DNA of 64,000 nt from an uncultured Spartobacteria bacterium (lineage in GTDB: Bacteria > Verrucomicrobiota > Verrucomicrobiia > Chthoniobacterales > UBA6821), in contig CAINEX010000051.1 in NCBI GenBank assembly GCA_903847935.1, forward strand, positions 828 through 64,827, read 5' to 3'. Under the pieces are notes generated by a model. It saw nothing but the letters and a program-made list of their open reading frames with translations, did not search any database and was not told the DNA's origin. This document shows positions 9,096 through 18,598 of the stretch, in pieces (position 1 is the first letter of the stretch; each line of letters starts with the position of its first letter). The position numbers and the translations under genes were made by a program.

Positions 9096-10277
9096 TCAGA
9101 CCCCTGCGCGGTCGAGGAGGGACTTGAGGACTTTCTCCGCTTCGAAGACCTCGCGGGCAATCTCCAGCGCCGCATCACTGTGACGCTTGTAGTCCGATCG
9201 GATCGAGGCCACATGATCCACGATCTCCTCCATATTGGAGAAGGAGAGAAGGCCCTCTTTACCACCATAGTGAGCGGTGAAGCCGGTCTCTTGGGTGATC
9301 ACGGGGCGTCCGGCAGCTAGGTAACAGGCGGTGCGATCACTGAACCATCCGGTATTCAGTCGAATATACTGATCCTTGGCGCAGGTGAACTCGCCCCTCG
9401 ACGTGGTGATGTAGTCCCGGTAGCCGTTCCAATCGACGCTCAGTTCGTGAGGAAGGACGAGCCTCCAGTCATTCTTCTCAAAGAGTGAGCGCTCTTCCTC
9501 CCTCTTGATATCGGTGGCCATCTCAAAAGCCTCTCCCGATCGCTTCGGGGCCTCGACAAAACGGAGGAACTCCAGTGACTTGCTCCAGAGGTAGTTGGAC
9601 TCCCTCCAGACGATGTCCTTCTTGCCACTCGTAGACCAGTTGCAAATGGTCGTGAAGAGGGCCTCGCCGGCAGGAGCAGGCGCCTCGGAGGTGGGGCACC
9701 AGAGGTCTGTCACCACGGGTTGGCGGGTCGGCAGCCAATTAAAACCGTGGGTCGGCACGGCGAAAGCCGGGGTGCCGATATTCTCACCGAAGGAGAAGAG
9801 ATGCCTGTGCGCCTTGAGATAATCGATGGTCTCGCTTTTGCCGAGGTCGATCTTGATCTGCTCCACACCGGGATCACTCTCCACGTAGATGAGATGACGG
9901 ATCGACCGAAGCTCGTCATTCATGTCATGGGAGCCGCAGATATTGAGCGCGCAATCTGCATCACGGTAGAGCTGCTTGAGATCATCAAACGACATGCCCG
10001 CGCTCTCGAAAGGTTCCTTGTAGCGGGCACAATAGGCCCACCGTCCCTCAAAGCCGTGCTCCTTGGCGAGCCGACCGAGCGTGCTGGCCGCATAGGAGTA
10101 GTCATCGGAGATGTTGAAGGCGACGGGATCGTAGGGGTAGTTCGAGGTATCCTCGACATAGTAGACCTCATGCCCAAGACGCTGGAGGCCGACAATGTAG
10201 TGGATGTGCTGCCAGATGACACCGGCTATGGGCATACCTCCCATGAAGCCGAGGACGATGATCTTTTTTTTCTTCAT
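9096..10277 (-). CDS. Hypothetical protein, GT-B/CgeB-like glycosyltransferase fold (paralog 1)
   Basis: The N-terminus is Rossmann-like (KIIVLGFMGG...LQRLGHEVYYVE). The C-terminal lobe is GWFSDRTACYLAAGRPVITQETGF...GLLSFSNMEEIVDHV...AREVFEAEKVLKSLL, like the GT-B C-lobe. Its start overlaps the ABC stop (ATGA at 10274-10277). Confidence 0.6.
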   Translation of the reverse strand: MKKKKIIVLGFMGGMPIAGVIWQHIHYIVGLQRLGHEVYYVEDTSNYPYDPVAFNISDDYSYAASTLGRLAKEHGFEGRWAYCARYKEPFESAGMSFDDLKQLYRDADCALNICGSHDMNDELRSIRHLIYVESDPGVEQIKIDLGKSETIDYLKAHRHLFSFGENIGTPAFAVPTHGFNWLPTRQPVVTDLWCPTSEAPAPAGEALFTTICNWSTSGKKDIVWRESNYLWSKSLEFLRFVEAPKRSGEAFEMATDIKREEERSLFEKNDWRLVLPHELSVDWNGYRDYITTSRGEFTCAKDQYIRLNTGWFSDRTACYLAAGRPVITQETGFTAHYGGKEGLLSFSNMEEIVDHVASIRSDYKRHSDAALEIAREVFEAEKVLKSLLDRAGV

Positions 10278-12094
10278 GATTGGGGTGTCGGGATGAGTCC
10301 TGTGACGGGCACAGGCTCAGGTTCGTGGCCCGCTGCTTTGTGCAGGCGCGCGTAGGATCCGTTGAGCGCCAGAAGTTCCGGACCAGTGCCCTGCTCGGCA
10401 ATGCGCCCCTTCTCAAGCAAAACAATGCGGCCAAAATGGTGCACCGTGGAGAGTCGGTGGGTGATGATGAGTGTGGTCCGTCCAAGCATCAGTTCGGAAA
10501 TCGTCTCCATGATCGCCTTCTCGGTGGAGGGATCCAAGGCGGAGGTCGGCTCGTCGAGCAGGAGGATCGGGGCATTCTTGAGGAAGGCACGGGCAATGCC
10601 GATGCGCTGGCGCTGACCGACGCTCAGGTGACCACCCCTTTCACCAACGGGAGTCTCGAATCCCTGCGGTTGGGCCATGATGAACTCGTAGGCCTGGGCA
10701 CGCTTGGCTGCCTCGATAATCTCGGCCTCCGTGGCACCCTCCCGGCCATAGGCGATATTCTCACGGATGCTGGTGGAAAAAAGGAGCGTGTCCTGTAGGA
10801 CCATCCCGATCTGGGAGCGAAGCGAGGCCTTGGTCAGGGTGCGCAGGTCATGACCATCTAGCCGGACAATACCTTCCGTCGGATCGTAAAAACGTGGCAC
10901 AAGGCTCAGCAGAGTGCTCTTGCCCGCCCCAGTCCCCCCCACAAAGGCGACGGTCTCTCCGGGAGCGATGGCTAGATCGACTCCTCCCAAGACAGGAGCC
11001 TTGGGATCGTAGGCAAAGGAAACTCCTGCAAAGGTGATCTCTCCCTTGGCGGAGGCAATCGACACGGCACCGGGAGCATCCTTGGTCTCCTCCTCCCGAT
11101 CAAGGATCTCGAAGCAGCGTTGAGCACCTGCAGCGGCACCCTCGAGCGCCCACGCCGTGTAGGTAAGCTGCTCAATGGGTTGGTAAAGGGTGGCCAGATA
11201 AGCCACGAAGACCAAAAGGTCTCCCAGGCTCAGACTTCCCCTCATGACCTGCAGTGATCCGGCGCAGTACATGATTGCAGAACCAAGTGCCATGAGCGTG
11301 CCGACAACAAGGGCACTCCTCATCGAGGTCATGTTGAGCCGGAAGTTGGCCTCCAGACTTCGCGTCGCATGCCTCACGAACTGACTCACCTCGAAGGACT
11401 CCCGCCCGAAGGCCTGTACCATCCTGATCGAGCCGAGTCCCTCCTGGGCAGAGGCAAGAAGGTCACTTTCCCTTTCCTGGATCGTGGTTGATTCCTTGCG
11501 AATCCTGTCGCCGTAATGACGGATCGACCAGACCACGGGGGGCAGGATCAGAAGCGAGACAATCGTCAGGATCCAATCCATCCGGAACATGATGAAAAGG
11601 GCGCTCACCAGCGTCACCACGGCACCGAAGATGGTCGCGAACCCCTTGTTGTAGATCGTCTGGATCGACTGGGAGTCATAGGCGACACGGAATGAAGAAT
11701 CGCTGCTCCGCCGCGTATCATGGAACTGCAATGGCAGCGCCTGAAGGCAGCTGTAAAGTTGAGTCCGCAGGTGAAGCAGAGCGCGCAACCCGACCCGGAT
11801 CAGGAGGGCGTTCGAGAACATGTTGACCACCCCGTAAAGCAGGCTCAAAAGGACCAGGATCAGACTGAGCGCAAGGATGGCACCCGTGGCATTCGTCCAC
11901 CCGAACCATTTTACTACGAAAGCCTTTGCCTGCGCCGTCCCATGCGTCGCATCAAGTAATCCGTCGACGATGTATTTGAAGGGCCAGGGCTTGAGAAGAT
12001 TGAAGCCGATGCCCACGGACATAAGCACCACGGCCATGATCGTCTCGATGGTGTAGGCACGAAAATAGCGAAGCGTTCGGAGGTAAATGGACAT
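10274..12094 (-). CDS. ABC transporter, fused permease/ATP-binding exporter (MsbA-like)
   Basis: Six-helix TMD followed by an NBD with Walker A GGTGAGKST, signature LSVGQRQR, Walker B LLLDEPTSALD and H-loop ITHRL. Confidence 0.92.
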   Translation of the reverse strand: MSIYLRTLRYFRAYTIETIMAVVLMSVGIGFNLLKPWPFKYIVDGLLDATHGTAQAKAFVVKWFGWTNATGAILALSLILVLLSLLYGVVNMFSNALLIRVGLRALLHLRTQLYSCLQALPLQFHDTRRSSDSSFRVAYDSQSIQTIYNKGFATIFGAVVTLVSALFIMFRMDWILTIVSLLILPPVVWSIRHYGDRIRKESTTIQERESDLLASAQEGLGSIRMVQAFGRESFEVSQFVRHATRSLEANFRLNMTSMRSALVVGTLMALGSAIMYCAGSLQVMRGSLSLGDLLVFVAYLATLYQPIEQLTYTAWALEGAAAGAQRCFEILDREEETKDAPGAVSIASAKGEITFAGVSFAYDPKAPVLGGVDLAIAPGETVAFVGGTGAGKSTLLSLVPRFYDPTEGIVRLDGHDLRTLTKASLRSQIGMVLQDTLLFSTSIRENIAYGREGATEAEIIEAAKRAQAYEFIMAQPQGFETPVGERGGHLSVGQRQRIGIARAFLKNAPILLLDEPTSALDPSTEKAIMETISELMLGRTTLIITHRLSTVHHFGRIVLLEKGRIAEQGTGPELLALNGSYARLHKAAGHEPEPVPVTGLIPTPQS

Positions 12095-12197
12095 GCCTAC
12101 CTTATGAGTAAGCTAAGCGGGCACTCCCTTCAAGTCGCGTCGTATTGATCCCAAGGATGCACCGAGACCGCATGGCAGGCGAATTTCTCAAATTATT

Positions 12198-12428
12198 ATG
12201 AACGGAGCAGGAGAACCCAGTGTCTTACTCCTCAGAAACAGCACACACAAAAACATGAAGACACAAATGAATAAAAAGATGTCCATCTCCTTAGGCGACT
12301 TGATCACGGCAGTCTCCGACTACGCCCAAAACGAAAGGGAGACGGTAGCTGCGATCCGTGATCTCTTCCGCAAGGGGAACGTCGTCGCCAAGACCCGCTA
12401 TGGCAGCAAAAGACTGAAACTTGCCTAG
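12198..12428 (+). CDS. Hypothetical small protein (76 aa maximum; internal starts possible)
   Basis: The only sizeable ORF in the 500-nt gap between the ABC gene and purB. It has no recognisable family, so coding status is uncertain. Confidence 0.3.
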   Translation: MNGAGEPSVLLLRNSTHKNMKTQMNKKMSISLGDLITAVSDYAQNERETVAAIRDLFRKGNVVAKTRYGSKRLKLA

Positions 12429-12544
12429 ATGGGCTAGCTGGGCGGCTTCAAGCCACGGCAGGATTTACCGCGGCTTTCCTCTCTTCACCAACGCTTCAGG
12501 CAACGGATGGGAGAGGTGGTCGCAAGGTTTTCAAGAGAGAGATC

Positions 12545-12572
12545 CCGCCAAGGAAAAGAACTTCCTTGGCGG
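12545..12572 (+). promoter_or_regulatory. Perfect 11-bp stem-loop in the purB leader
   Basis: CCGCCAAGGAA (12545-12555), loop AAGAAC, TTCCTTGGCGG (12562-12572). It ends 23 nt before the purB ATG and no U-tract follows. Confidence 0.4.
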
Positions 12573-12595
12573 CATTCTCGCGTTAAGGTGTTCCG

Positions 12596-13894
12596 ATGAT
12601 CGAACGCTACAGCCTTCCCAAAATGCGCTCCATTTGGACGGAGCAACGTAAACTCGAGATCTGGCTCGAGATCGAAACACTGGCCTGCGAGGGCATGGCC
12701 GAACTCGGGATCGTCCCCAAAGAGGATGCCAAGACCATCCGGGAAAAGGGCACCTTTCGCATCGCCGAAGTCCGTGAAATCGAAAAACGCACCAATCACG
12801 ACGTGATCGCCTTCCTGGAAGAGGTTGCCACCCACGTCGGGGAACCCGCACGCTGGATTCATCGTGGGCTCACCTCCTCCGATCTGCTCGACACAACCCT
12901 CGCTGTCCAGATGGTCGAGTCAACCGACATTCTGCTCAAGGACTTGGAGGAACTCCGTGAGGCCATCGCCATTCGCGCCAAGGAACACAAGTTCACCCCG
13001 ATGATCGGCCGCAGTCACGGCATCCATGCCGAACCGGTCACCTTCGGCCTGAAACTTGGAGTCATGTATGATGAGTTTGGCCGCGCCATTGAGCGCCTCA
13101 TGCAGACCCGGGAGCGTATCGCTTACGGGATGCTCAGTGGTGCCGTCGGCACCAATGCCCACCTTGACCCGAAGGTCGAGGCCTTCGTCTGCGAAAAGCT
13201 GGGCCTGAAGCCGGCCGCCATCTCCACCCAGATCATCCAGCGCGATCGTCATGCCGAGTTCATGACCACGCTCGCTCTTATCGGCTGCAGTATCGACTGC
13301 TGGGCCACCGAGTTCCGCCACCTTCAGCGCACCGAGGTCCTGGAAGTCGAAGAGGCCTTCGCCAAGGGCCAGAAGGGCAGCTCCGCCATGCCCCACACAC
13401 GCAACCCCATCACCGGCGAGCGCCTCTGCGGGCTGGCCCGCGTCCTGAGGGGTAACACCCAGACCGCCATGGAAAATGTCGCCCTCTGGCATGAACGCGA
13501 TATCAGCCACTCCAGCGCAGAACGGATCATACTACCCGACTCCTGCACCCTGCTCGATTACATGCTGGTGCTACTTACAAGACTCGTCCGTGACCTTACC
13601 GTCTATCCGGAGCACATGGAGCGGAACATGGAACTCACCTTGGGACTTTACGGCAGTCAGGCCGTCCTTCTGGAGCTTACCGACCGTGGCATGGCCCGCA
13701 AGAATGCCTATGAGGCGGTCCAGCGCGCCGCCATGCGGACCTGGGCCGAGAAGATCCCTCTGCTGAAGACTCTCAGCGAGGAGGCCGAGGTCATCACTCT
13801 CATCCCCGCAGGTGAACTGGAGAAAATCTGCGCCCCGCAGAGGCACTTCACGCATGTGGAGGCTAGGCTCCGCAAAGTCGGGATCGACGTTTAA
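12596..13894 (+). CDS. purB: Adenylosuccinate lyase
   Basis: MIERYSLPKM...WLEIE start, fumarate-lyase signature GSSAMPHTRNP, 432 aa. Confidence 0.95.
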   Translation: MIERYSLPKMRSIWTEQRKLEIWLEIETLACEGMAELGIVPKEDAKTIREKGTFRIAEVREIEKRTNHDVIAFLEEVATHVGEPARWIHRGLTSSDLLDTTLAVQMVESTDILLKDLEELREAIAIRAKEHKFTPMIGRSHGIHAEPVTFGLKLGVMYDEFGRAIERLMQTRERIAYGMLSGAVGTNAHLDPKVEAFVCEKLGLKPAAISTQIIQRDRHAEFMTTLALIGCSIDCWATEFRHLQRTEVLEVEEAFAKGQKGSSAMPHTRNPITGERLCGLARVLRGNTQTAMENVALWHERDISHSSAERIILPDSCTLLDYMLVLLTRLVRDLTVYPEHMERNMELTLGLYGSQAVLLELTDRGMARKNAYEAVQRAAMRTWAEKIPLLKTLSEEAEVITLIPAGELEKICAPQRHFTHVEARLRKVGIDV

Positions 13895-14104
13895 GCTGAC
13901 AAGAAGGGGACTTGAGGCGGAACTTTCATCAGAACCGCCGGAAAGGCGCTGAAGGAACGGTTTGCGTCATTCTTTCCGCTCCACGAAGTGATGCGTCCCA
14001 AGCACTGAGAAAGCTTTCCCGGATGTTTTTTCTCTCTTGTGTCTCGACAGCAGGGTAGCGGGTAGATACCAAATCAGAGCTTCGATTTCTTTTTTTTGCG
14101 ACAC

Positions 14105-15298
14105 ATGGACATTGCCACGATTCTCCACTTTCTCACCATCCCGTGGGTGTTCCTGCTGTGGACCTCCTTCCTGAAGTCCTTCATCTTCCTCAACCTCACC
14201 ATTATTGTCGTCTCGGTAACGGTCTTTGCGGAGCGTAAAGTCAGTGCCTTCATCCAGGATAGGTCCGGTCCGAATCGTGTCGGAATCCCGCTGACACTCT
14301 TTGGCGGAAAAAAGGATTCTTTCTTTTGGGGACTTGGCCAGATGGTCGCCGACCCGATCAAACTCCTGACGAAGGAGAACTTCGTACCGGCCGGAGTAAA
14401 CAAGTTCTACTTCTGGTTGGCACCCAAACTGGTGATGATCCCGCCGATCCTCATCCTGGCTGTCCTTCCCTTCGGAAGCACTCTCTTCGGCGTGTCGATG
14501 ACAATCTCCGAGCTCAATGTCGGCGTTCTTTACATCTTCGCCATTTCCTCCCTCAGCGTCTACGGCATCACCCTTGCCGGTTGGGCTTCGAACTCGAAGT
14601 TCCCCTTTATTGGTGGCATCCGCTCCTCCTCCCAGATGATCTCCTACGAGTTGGCCCTGGGACTCTCGGTGGTACCCGTCTTCATGATCTGTGGTTCACT
14701 GAACCTTAATGAAATCGTCGACTGGCAAATCAAGAACGGTTGGTTGGTATCACCCTACTGGCCAAAGGGTTTTGAACTCTCAACACTGATTCACCCCTCC
14801 GAACTGGTCCACACGCTGATAGCCGGACTCAGCATCCAGCGTTTCGCGCTTTGGATTCCGCTACTGATCTCCTTCATTATCTTCCTGGTGGCCATCTTTG
14901 CAGAAACAAACCGACTCCCCTTCGATCTTCCCGAGGCAGAGCAGGAACTCGTCGGTGGTTACCATACGGAGTATGCCTCGATGAACTTCGCTCTCTTCTT
15001 CCTTGGTGAATACGCCGCCATGTTCGCCGGATCGGGTGCCATTGTTTCCCTCTTCCTGGGTGGATGGAGTTGTCCGCTGATCCCGGATGGCTCACATGGA
15101 TGGTTCTGGGGCCTCGTGAACATCGGTGTCTTCTTCGTGAAGGTCTCCCTGATGCTCCTCTTCATGATCTGGGTGCGCTGGACACTTCCGCGCTTCCGCT
15201 ACGATCAACTCATGAAGCTCGGATGGCTCGGCTTCTTCCCCATTGCTCTGGCAAATATTTTCCTGACCGCCCTCATCCTGGCGTTTACTCATCGCTGA
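14105..15298 (+). CDS. nuoH: NADH-quinone oxidoreductase subunit H
   Basis: AERKVSAFIQDRSGPNRVG and PFDLPEAEQELVGGYHTEY are NuoH/ND1 hallmarks. The track start at 14096 is TTG and the first ATG is at 14105. Confidence 0.93.
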   Translation: MDIATILHFLTIPWVFLLWTSFLKSFIFLNLTIIVVSVTVFAERKVSAFIQDRSGPNRVGIPLTLFGGKKDSFFWGLGQMVADPIKLLTKENFVPAGVNKFYFWLAPKLVMIPPILILAVLPFGSTLFGVSMTISELNVGVLYIFAISSLSVYGITLAGWASNSKFPFIGGIRSSSQMISYELALGLSVVPVFMICGSLNLNEIVDWQIKNGWLVSPYWPKGFELSTLIHPSELVHTLIAGLSIQRFALWIPLLISFIIFLVAIFAETNRLPFDLPEAEQELVGGYHTEYASMNFALFFLGEYAAMFAGSGAIVSLFLGGWSCPLIPDGSHGWFWGLVNIGVFFVKVSLMLLFMIWVRWTLPRFRYDQLMKLGWLGFFPIALANIFLTALILAFTHR

Positions 15299-15342
15299 TA
15301 CCTGATCATTGATCATCCACCGCTAAACACCACCCAATCATC

Positions 15343-15873
15343 ATGGCCATCGTCGTCAACCGCCCCAAACTCACCTTCGCGGAACGGTGTTACCTTCCCG
15401 CCATTGTCGCTGGTCTGGCAATTACCTGGAACCACTTGAAGCGGGCCCTCTTCAACAAGGGTATCGTGACGATGCAGTACCCTGAGGAGAAGTGGGATGC
15501 CAATATGCCCGACTGGTACCGTGGGGCCCCGACTCTGGTCAGTGATGAGCACGGCAAGGATCGCTGCGTTGCCTGCCAACTCTGTGAATTCATCTGCCCA
15601 CCGCGAGCCATCACCATCAAGCCGATGGAAATCCCCGACGGGGATAACTGGCGCAAGGTGGAGAAGCGTCCGGAGGAGTTCGACATCGACATGACGCGCT
15701 GCATTTACTGCGGACTCTGCGAGGAGGTCTGCCCCGAGCAGGCGATCTACCTTCGCAAGGACTACTCTATCACGGGTCTAAGCCGCGAAGAGATGGTCCA
15801 TGACAAAAAGACCCTCTACAAGTTGGGCGGGGTGATGAATGGCCTCGTCTTCAAGTGGAACGATCTGAAGTAA
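15343..15873 (+). CDS. nuoI: NADH-quinone oxidoreductase subunit I (2x[4Fe-4S])
   Basis: Two ferredoxin motifs, CVACQLCEFICP and CIYCGLCEEVCP, at the expected position between nuoH and nuoJ. Confidence 0.93.
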   Translation: MAIVVNRPKLTFAERCYLPAIVAGLAITWNHLKRALFNKGIVTMQYPEEKWDANMPDWYRGAPTLVSDEHGKDRCVACQLCEFICPPRAITIKPMEIPDGDNWRKVEKRPEEFDIDMTRCIYCGLCEEVCPEQAIYLRKDYSITGLSREEMVHDKKTLYKLGGVMNGLVFKWNDLK

Positions 15874-15893
15874 CTTCTTATTCCGCCAACGCC

Positions 15894-16397
15894 ATGCTCC
15901 TTTCCGCCTTCTGGTTCTTCGCCACTCTGACGATCGCCTTCGGAATCTCCGTTATTCTCCTGCGCAACCCGGTCTCCTGCGCCATGAGCCTGGCCATGTG
16001 CTTCATCAGTCTTGCGGCCCTCTTCATCACTCTGGACGCCACGCTTATCGGCATCATGCAGATCCTCGTCTACGCAGGTGCCGTGATGGTCCTCTTCCTC
16101 TTCATCATCATGCTTCTTGACCTGCGTACCGAAAAAAGTCGCCGACTGAACTTTGGAACGACTCTGGGAGGAGTCTTGGTCATTGCAGCATTCCTCTCGA
16201 TGTTGACACAGATTGTTCTCTCCAACCCGCAATTCGCCCAAACAATTCCCACCCTGGCCCTGCCAACACCGGATAATGTGAAGATGATCGGAATGACCCT
16301 GTTTCACTCGTATGCACTTCCCTTCGAGGCTATCGGCGTCCTGCTGCTCTCCGCCACTGTCGGAGTCATTGTACTGAGCCGCCGCACCCTTCGCTGA
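15894..16397 (+). CDS. nuoJ: NADH-quinone oxidoreductase subunit J
   Basis: Hydrophobic protein with ILVYAGAVMVLFLFIIML. The ATG at 15894 avoids overlap with nuoI (the track ORF starts at 15855). Confidence 0.9.
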   Translation: MLLSAFWFFATLTIAFGISVILLRNPVSCAMSLAMCFISLAALFITLDATLIGIMQILVYAGAVMVLFLFIIMLLDLRTEKSRRLNFGTTLGGVLVIAAFLSMLTQIVLSNPQFAQTIPTLALPTPDNVKMIGMTLFHSYALPFEAIGVLLLSATVGVIVLSRRTLR

Positions 16398-16421
16398 CGC
16401 CAAGCCCCCACCACCGAGCCC

Positions 16422-16739
16422 ATGCCCACATTAGCCAATTACCTCCTAGCCAGCGGGATCCTCTTCGCCGTGGGACTCGGCGGGGTGATGCTGCGCCGCA
16501 GCATCATCATCATCTTCATGAGCCTTGAGATCATGCTTAATGCGGCCAACCTGGCACTCATTGCCTTCTCCCGTTATGGTCTGGTCTCCGGCCATCAGGT
16601 CTTTGACGCCCAGATTCTGGTATTCTTTATCATCACGGTGGCGGCCGCCGAGGTAGCTGTCGGGCTTGCCATCATTGTCTCTCTCTACCGTGCCCGCCAG
16701 ACGACGCATGTTGAGGACCTCGACACCCTGAAATTCTGA
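16422..16739 (+). CDS. nuoK: NADH-quinone oxidoreductase subunit K
   Basis: 105-aa three-helix protein with [19 protein letters not shown], typical of NuoK. Confidence 0.92.
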   Translation: MPTLANYLLASGILFAVGLGGVMLRRSIIIIFMSLEIMLNAANLALIAFSRYGLVSGHQVFDAQILVFFIITVAAAEVAVGLAIIVSLYRARQTTHVEDLDTLKF

Positions 16740-16767
16740 CCCTCCCTTATAGGAACCCTTTTAGCCG

Positions 16768-18585
16768 ATGAACGTCTCCACAATCGCCTGGATCACTCTT
16801 AGTGCCCCGATTCTTGCCGCCGCGCTGATTCTCCTTGTCACACGAAAAAGCAAGCCGCTTGCCGCCGGACTCGCCATCCTCTCGGCGCTGATCACCTGTG
16901 CCGGTGGATGGATCCTTTTCAGCAGGGGAGCAACGGGCGACTTCCTTGGCTTCAACTGGGTCGATCTTGGAGCCTCCTTCCAGATACCCATCGGCATCGC
17001 CCTCGACCCCTTGAGCCGAACCATGCTGGTGATCGTCACGACGATCGCACCGCTCGTGTTCATCTACTCCATCGGCTACATGAAGGATGAGGAAGGGTAC
17101 TGGAGGTACTTCGCGGGCCTCGCCCTCTTCCTCTTCTCAATGCTGGGCATCGTGCTGGCCAACAACCTGGTCATGATGTTCATTTTCTGGGAACTCGTCG
17201 GTGTCAGTTCCTACATCCTGATCGGTCACTATTTCCGCAAGGACTCGGCTGCCGATGCCGCGAAACAGGCGTTCCTTGTGAACAGGATCGGCGATTTCGG
17301 CTTCATGCTCGGCATCCTCCTGTTCTGGATCTCGACGGGCACCTTTTCTTTCTCTGCGCTGAATTCCTCGGCCGGAGTCTTTGTCCAGCACCCCGCGCTG
17401 CTAGGTGTCGCCTGCGTCCTGATCTTTTGCGGAACGGTCGGCAAGTCGGCTCAGTTCCCGCTTCATGTCTGGCTTCCAAATTCCATGGAGGGCCCGACCC
17501 CGGTCTCCTCACTCCTCCATGCCGCCACCATGGTGGCGGCCGGCGTCTACCTTCTGGCCAGGATCTTCCCGATTCTCTCGGCCTCACCGGGTGCCTGCGA
17601 GGTCGTTGCCTGGACTGGGGCAATCACGGCACTGGGGGCCGGCATCCTTGCCACCCAGCAGGATGACATCAAGGGCATCTTGGCCTACTCAACGATCTCT
17701 CAACTCGGCTACATGGTGACCGGTGCGGGCTTGGCCGTCTCGGCGGCGCTCCCGATGTTCCATCTCTTCACGCACGCCTTCTTCAAATGCCTCCTCTTCC
17801 TCACTGCCGGTTCGGTGATCCTCGGGATGCATCACGAGCAGAATATCTGGAAAATGGGCGGCCTGCTGAAAAAGATGCCTGTTACATTCATCACTTACTG
17901 CTGCGGCATGCTCGCGCTTTCGGGATGCCCGTTCTTCAGCGGTCACTACAGCAAGGATCTGATCATGGCCTGTTCCTGGGAGCACCATCGCGGCATCTTC
18001 TGGGTGGTGGTCATCGCGGCAGGACTCACGCCTTTTTACATGACACGTCAGGCGATGGTAGTCTTCTTTGGAAAGGCTCGGACGGAACATTCAGAACACG
18101 CACACGAGTCGCCTTTGGTGATGATTATCCCCCTCATTCTCCTGGCCATTCCCGCCGTGTGTGCCGGATATGCCCCGGTTGAACATTTCTTCTTCCATGA
18201 GATCGGCTCTCTTGCAGAACCCGAGGTGCCCTCCTTTGTTCCGACGATCTTCATGGCAGCCTTCCTTGCCGGACTCGGACTAGCTTTCCTGATCTACCGC
18301 AACGTCGAGAAGGATCCCGTTCGGATTCCCTTCCTCGCCCAGCGTTTTTACATCGATGACCTCTACTTCTGGATTGTCCGCGTTATCCAGGGGGGATTTG
18401 CCCGTCTTTGCTCGTTTATCGACCGTTGGTTCATTGACGGCATCCTTGTCCAGGGAAGCGCGACGTTCATATGGACCATCGGATTTGCACTTCGCTTCCT
18501 TCAATTGGGGAATATTCAGGCCTATGCCTTTTTCTTCGGTGCCGGAGTGATCGGGCTGATCTATCTCATCCTCAACGTGCGCTAA
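16768..18585 (+). CDS. nuoL: NADH-quinone oxidoreductase subunit L
   Basis: 605-aa antiporter-like subunit (FWELVGVSSYILIGHYF, GKSAQFPLHVWLP) with a long C-terminal extension. Confidence 0.93.
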   Translation: MNVSTIAWITLSAPILAAALILLVTRKSKPLAAGLAILSALITCAGGWILFSRGATGDFLGFNWVDLGASFQIPIGIALDPLSRTMLVIVTTIAPLVFIYSIGYMKDEEGYWRYFAGLALFLFSMLGIVLANNLVMMFIFWELVGVSSYILIGHYFRKDSAADAAKQAFLVNRIGDFGFMLGILLFWISTGTFSFSALNSSAGVFVQHPALLGVACVLIFCGTVGKSAQFPLHVWLPNSMEGPTPVSSLLHAATMVAAGVYLLARIFPILSASPGACEVVAWTGAITALGAGILATQQDDIKGILAYSTISQLGYMVTGAGLAVSAALPMFHLFTHAFFKCLLFLTAGSVILGMHHEQNIWKMGGLLKKMPVTFITYCCGMLALSGCPFFSGHYSKDLIMACSWEHHRGIFWVVVIAAGLTPFYMTRQAMVVFFGKARTEHSEHAHESPLVMIIPLILLAIPAVCAGYAPVEHFFFHEIGSLAEPEVPSFVPTIFMAAFLAGLGLAFLIYRNVEKDPVRIPFLAQRFYIDDLYFWIVRVIQGGFARLCSFIDRWFIDGILVQGSATFIWTIGFALRFLQLGNIQAYAFFFGAGVIGLIYLILNVR

Positions 18586-18598
18586 TTCCACACCTGTC

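Noticed and set aside
7870-10355. Long plus-strand ORFs (7870..8697 and 9720..10355) across the GT-like paralogs.
   Set aside because: They are antisense to the two paralogous frames, which support each other by mutual similarity. The same reasoning applies to 5346..5978 (gspE), 12920..13510 (purB), 30968..31762 (GH39) and 48698..49366 (purA).
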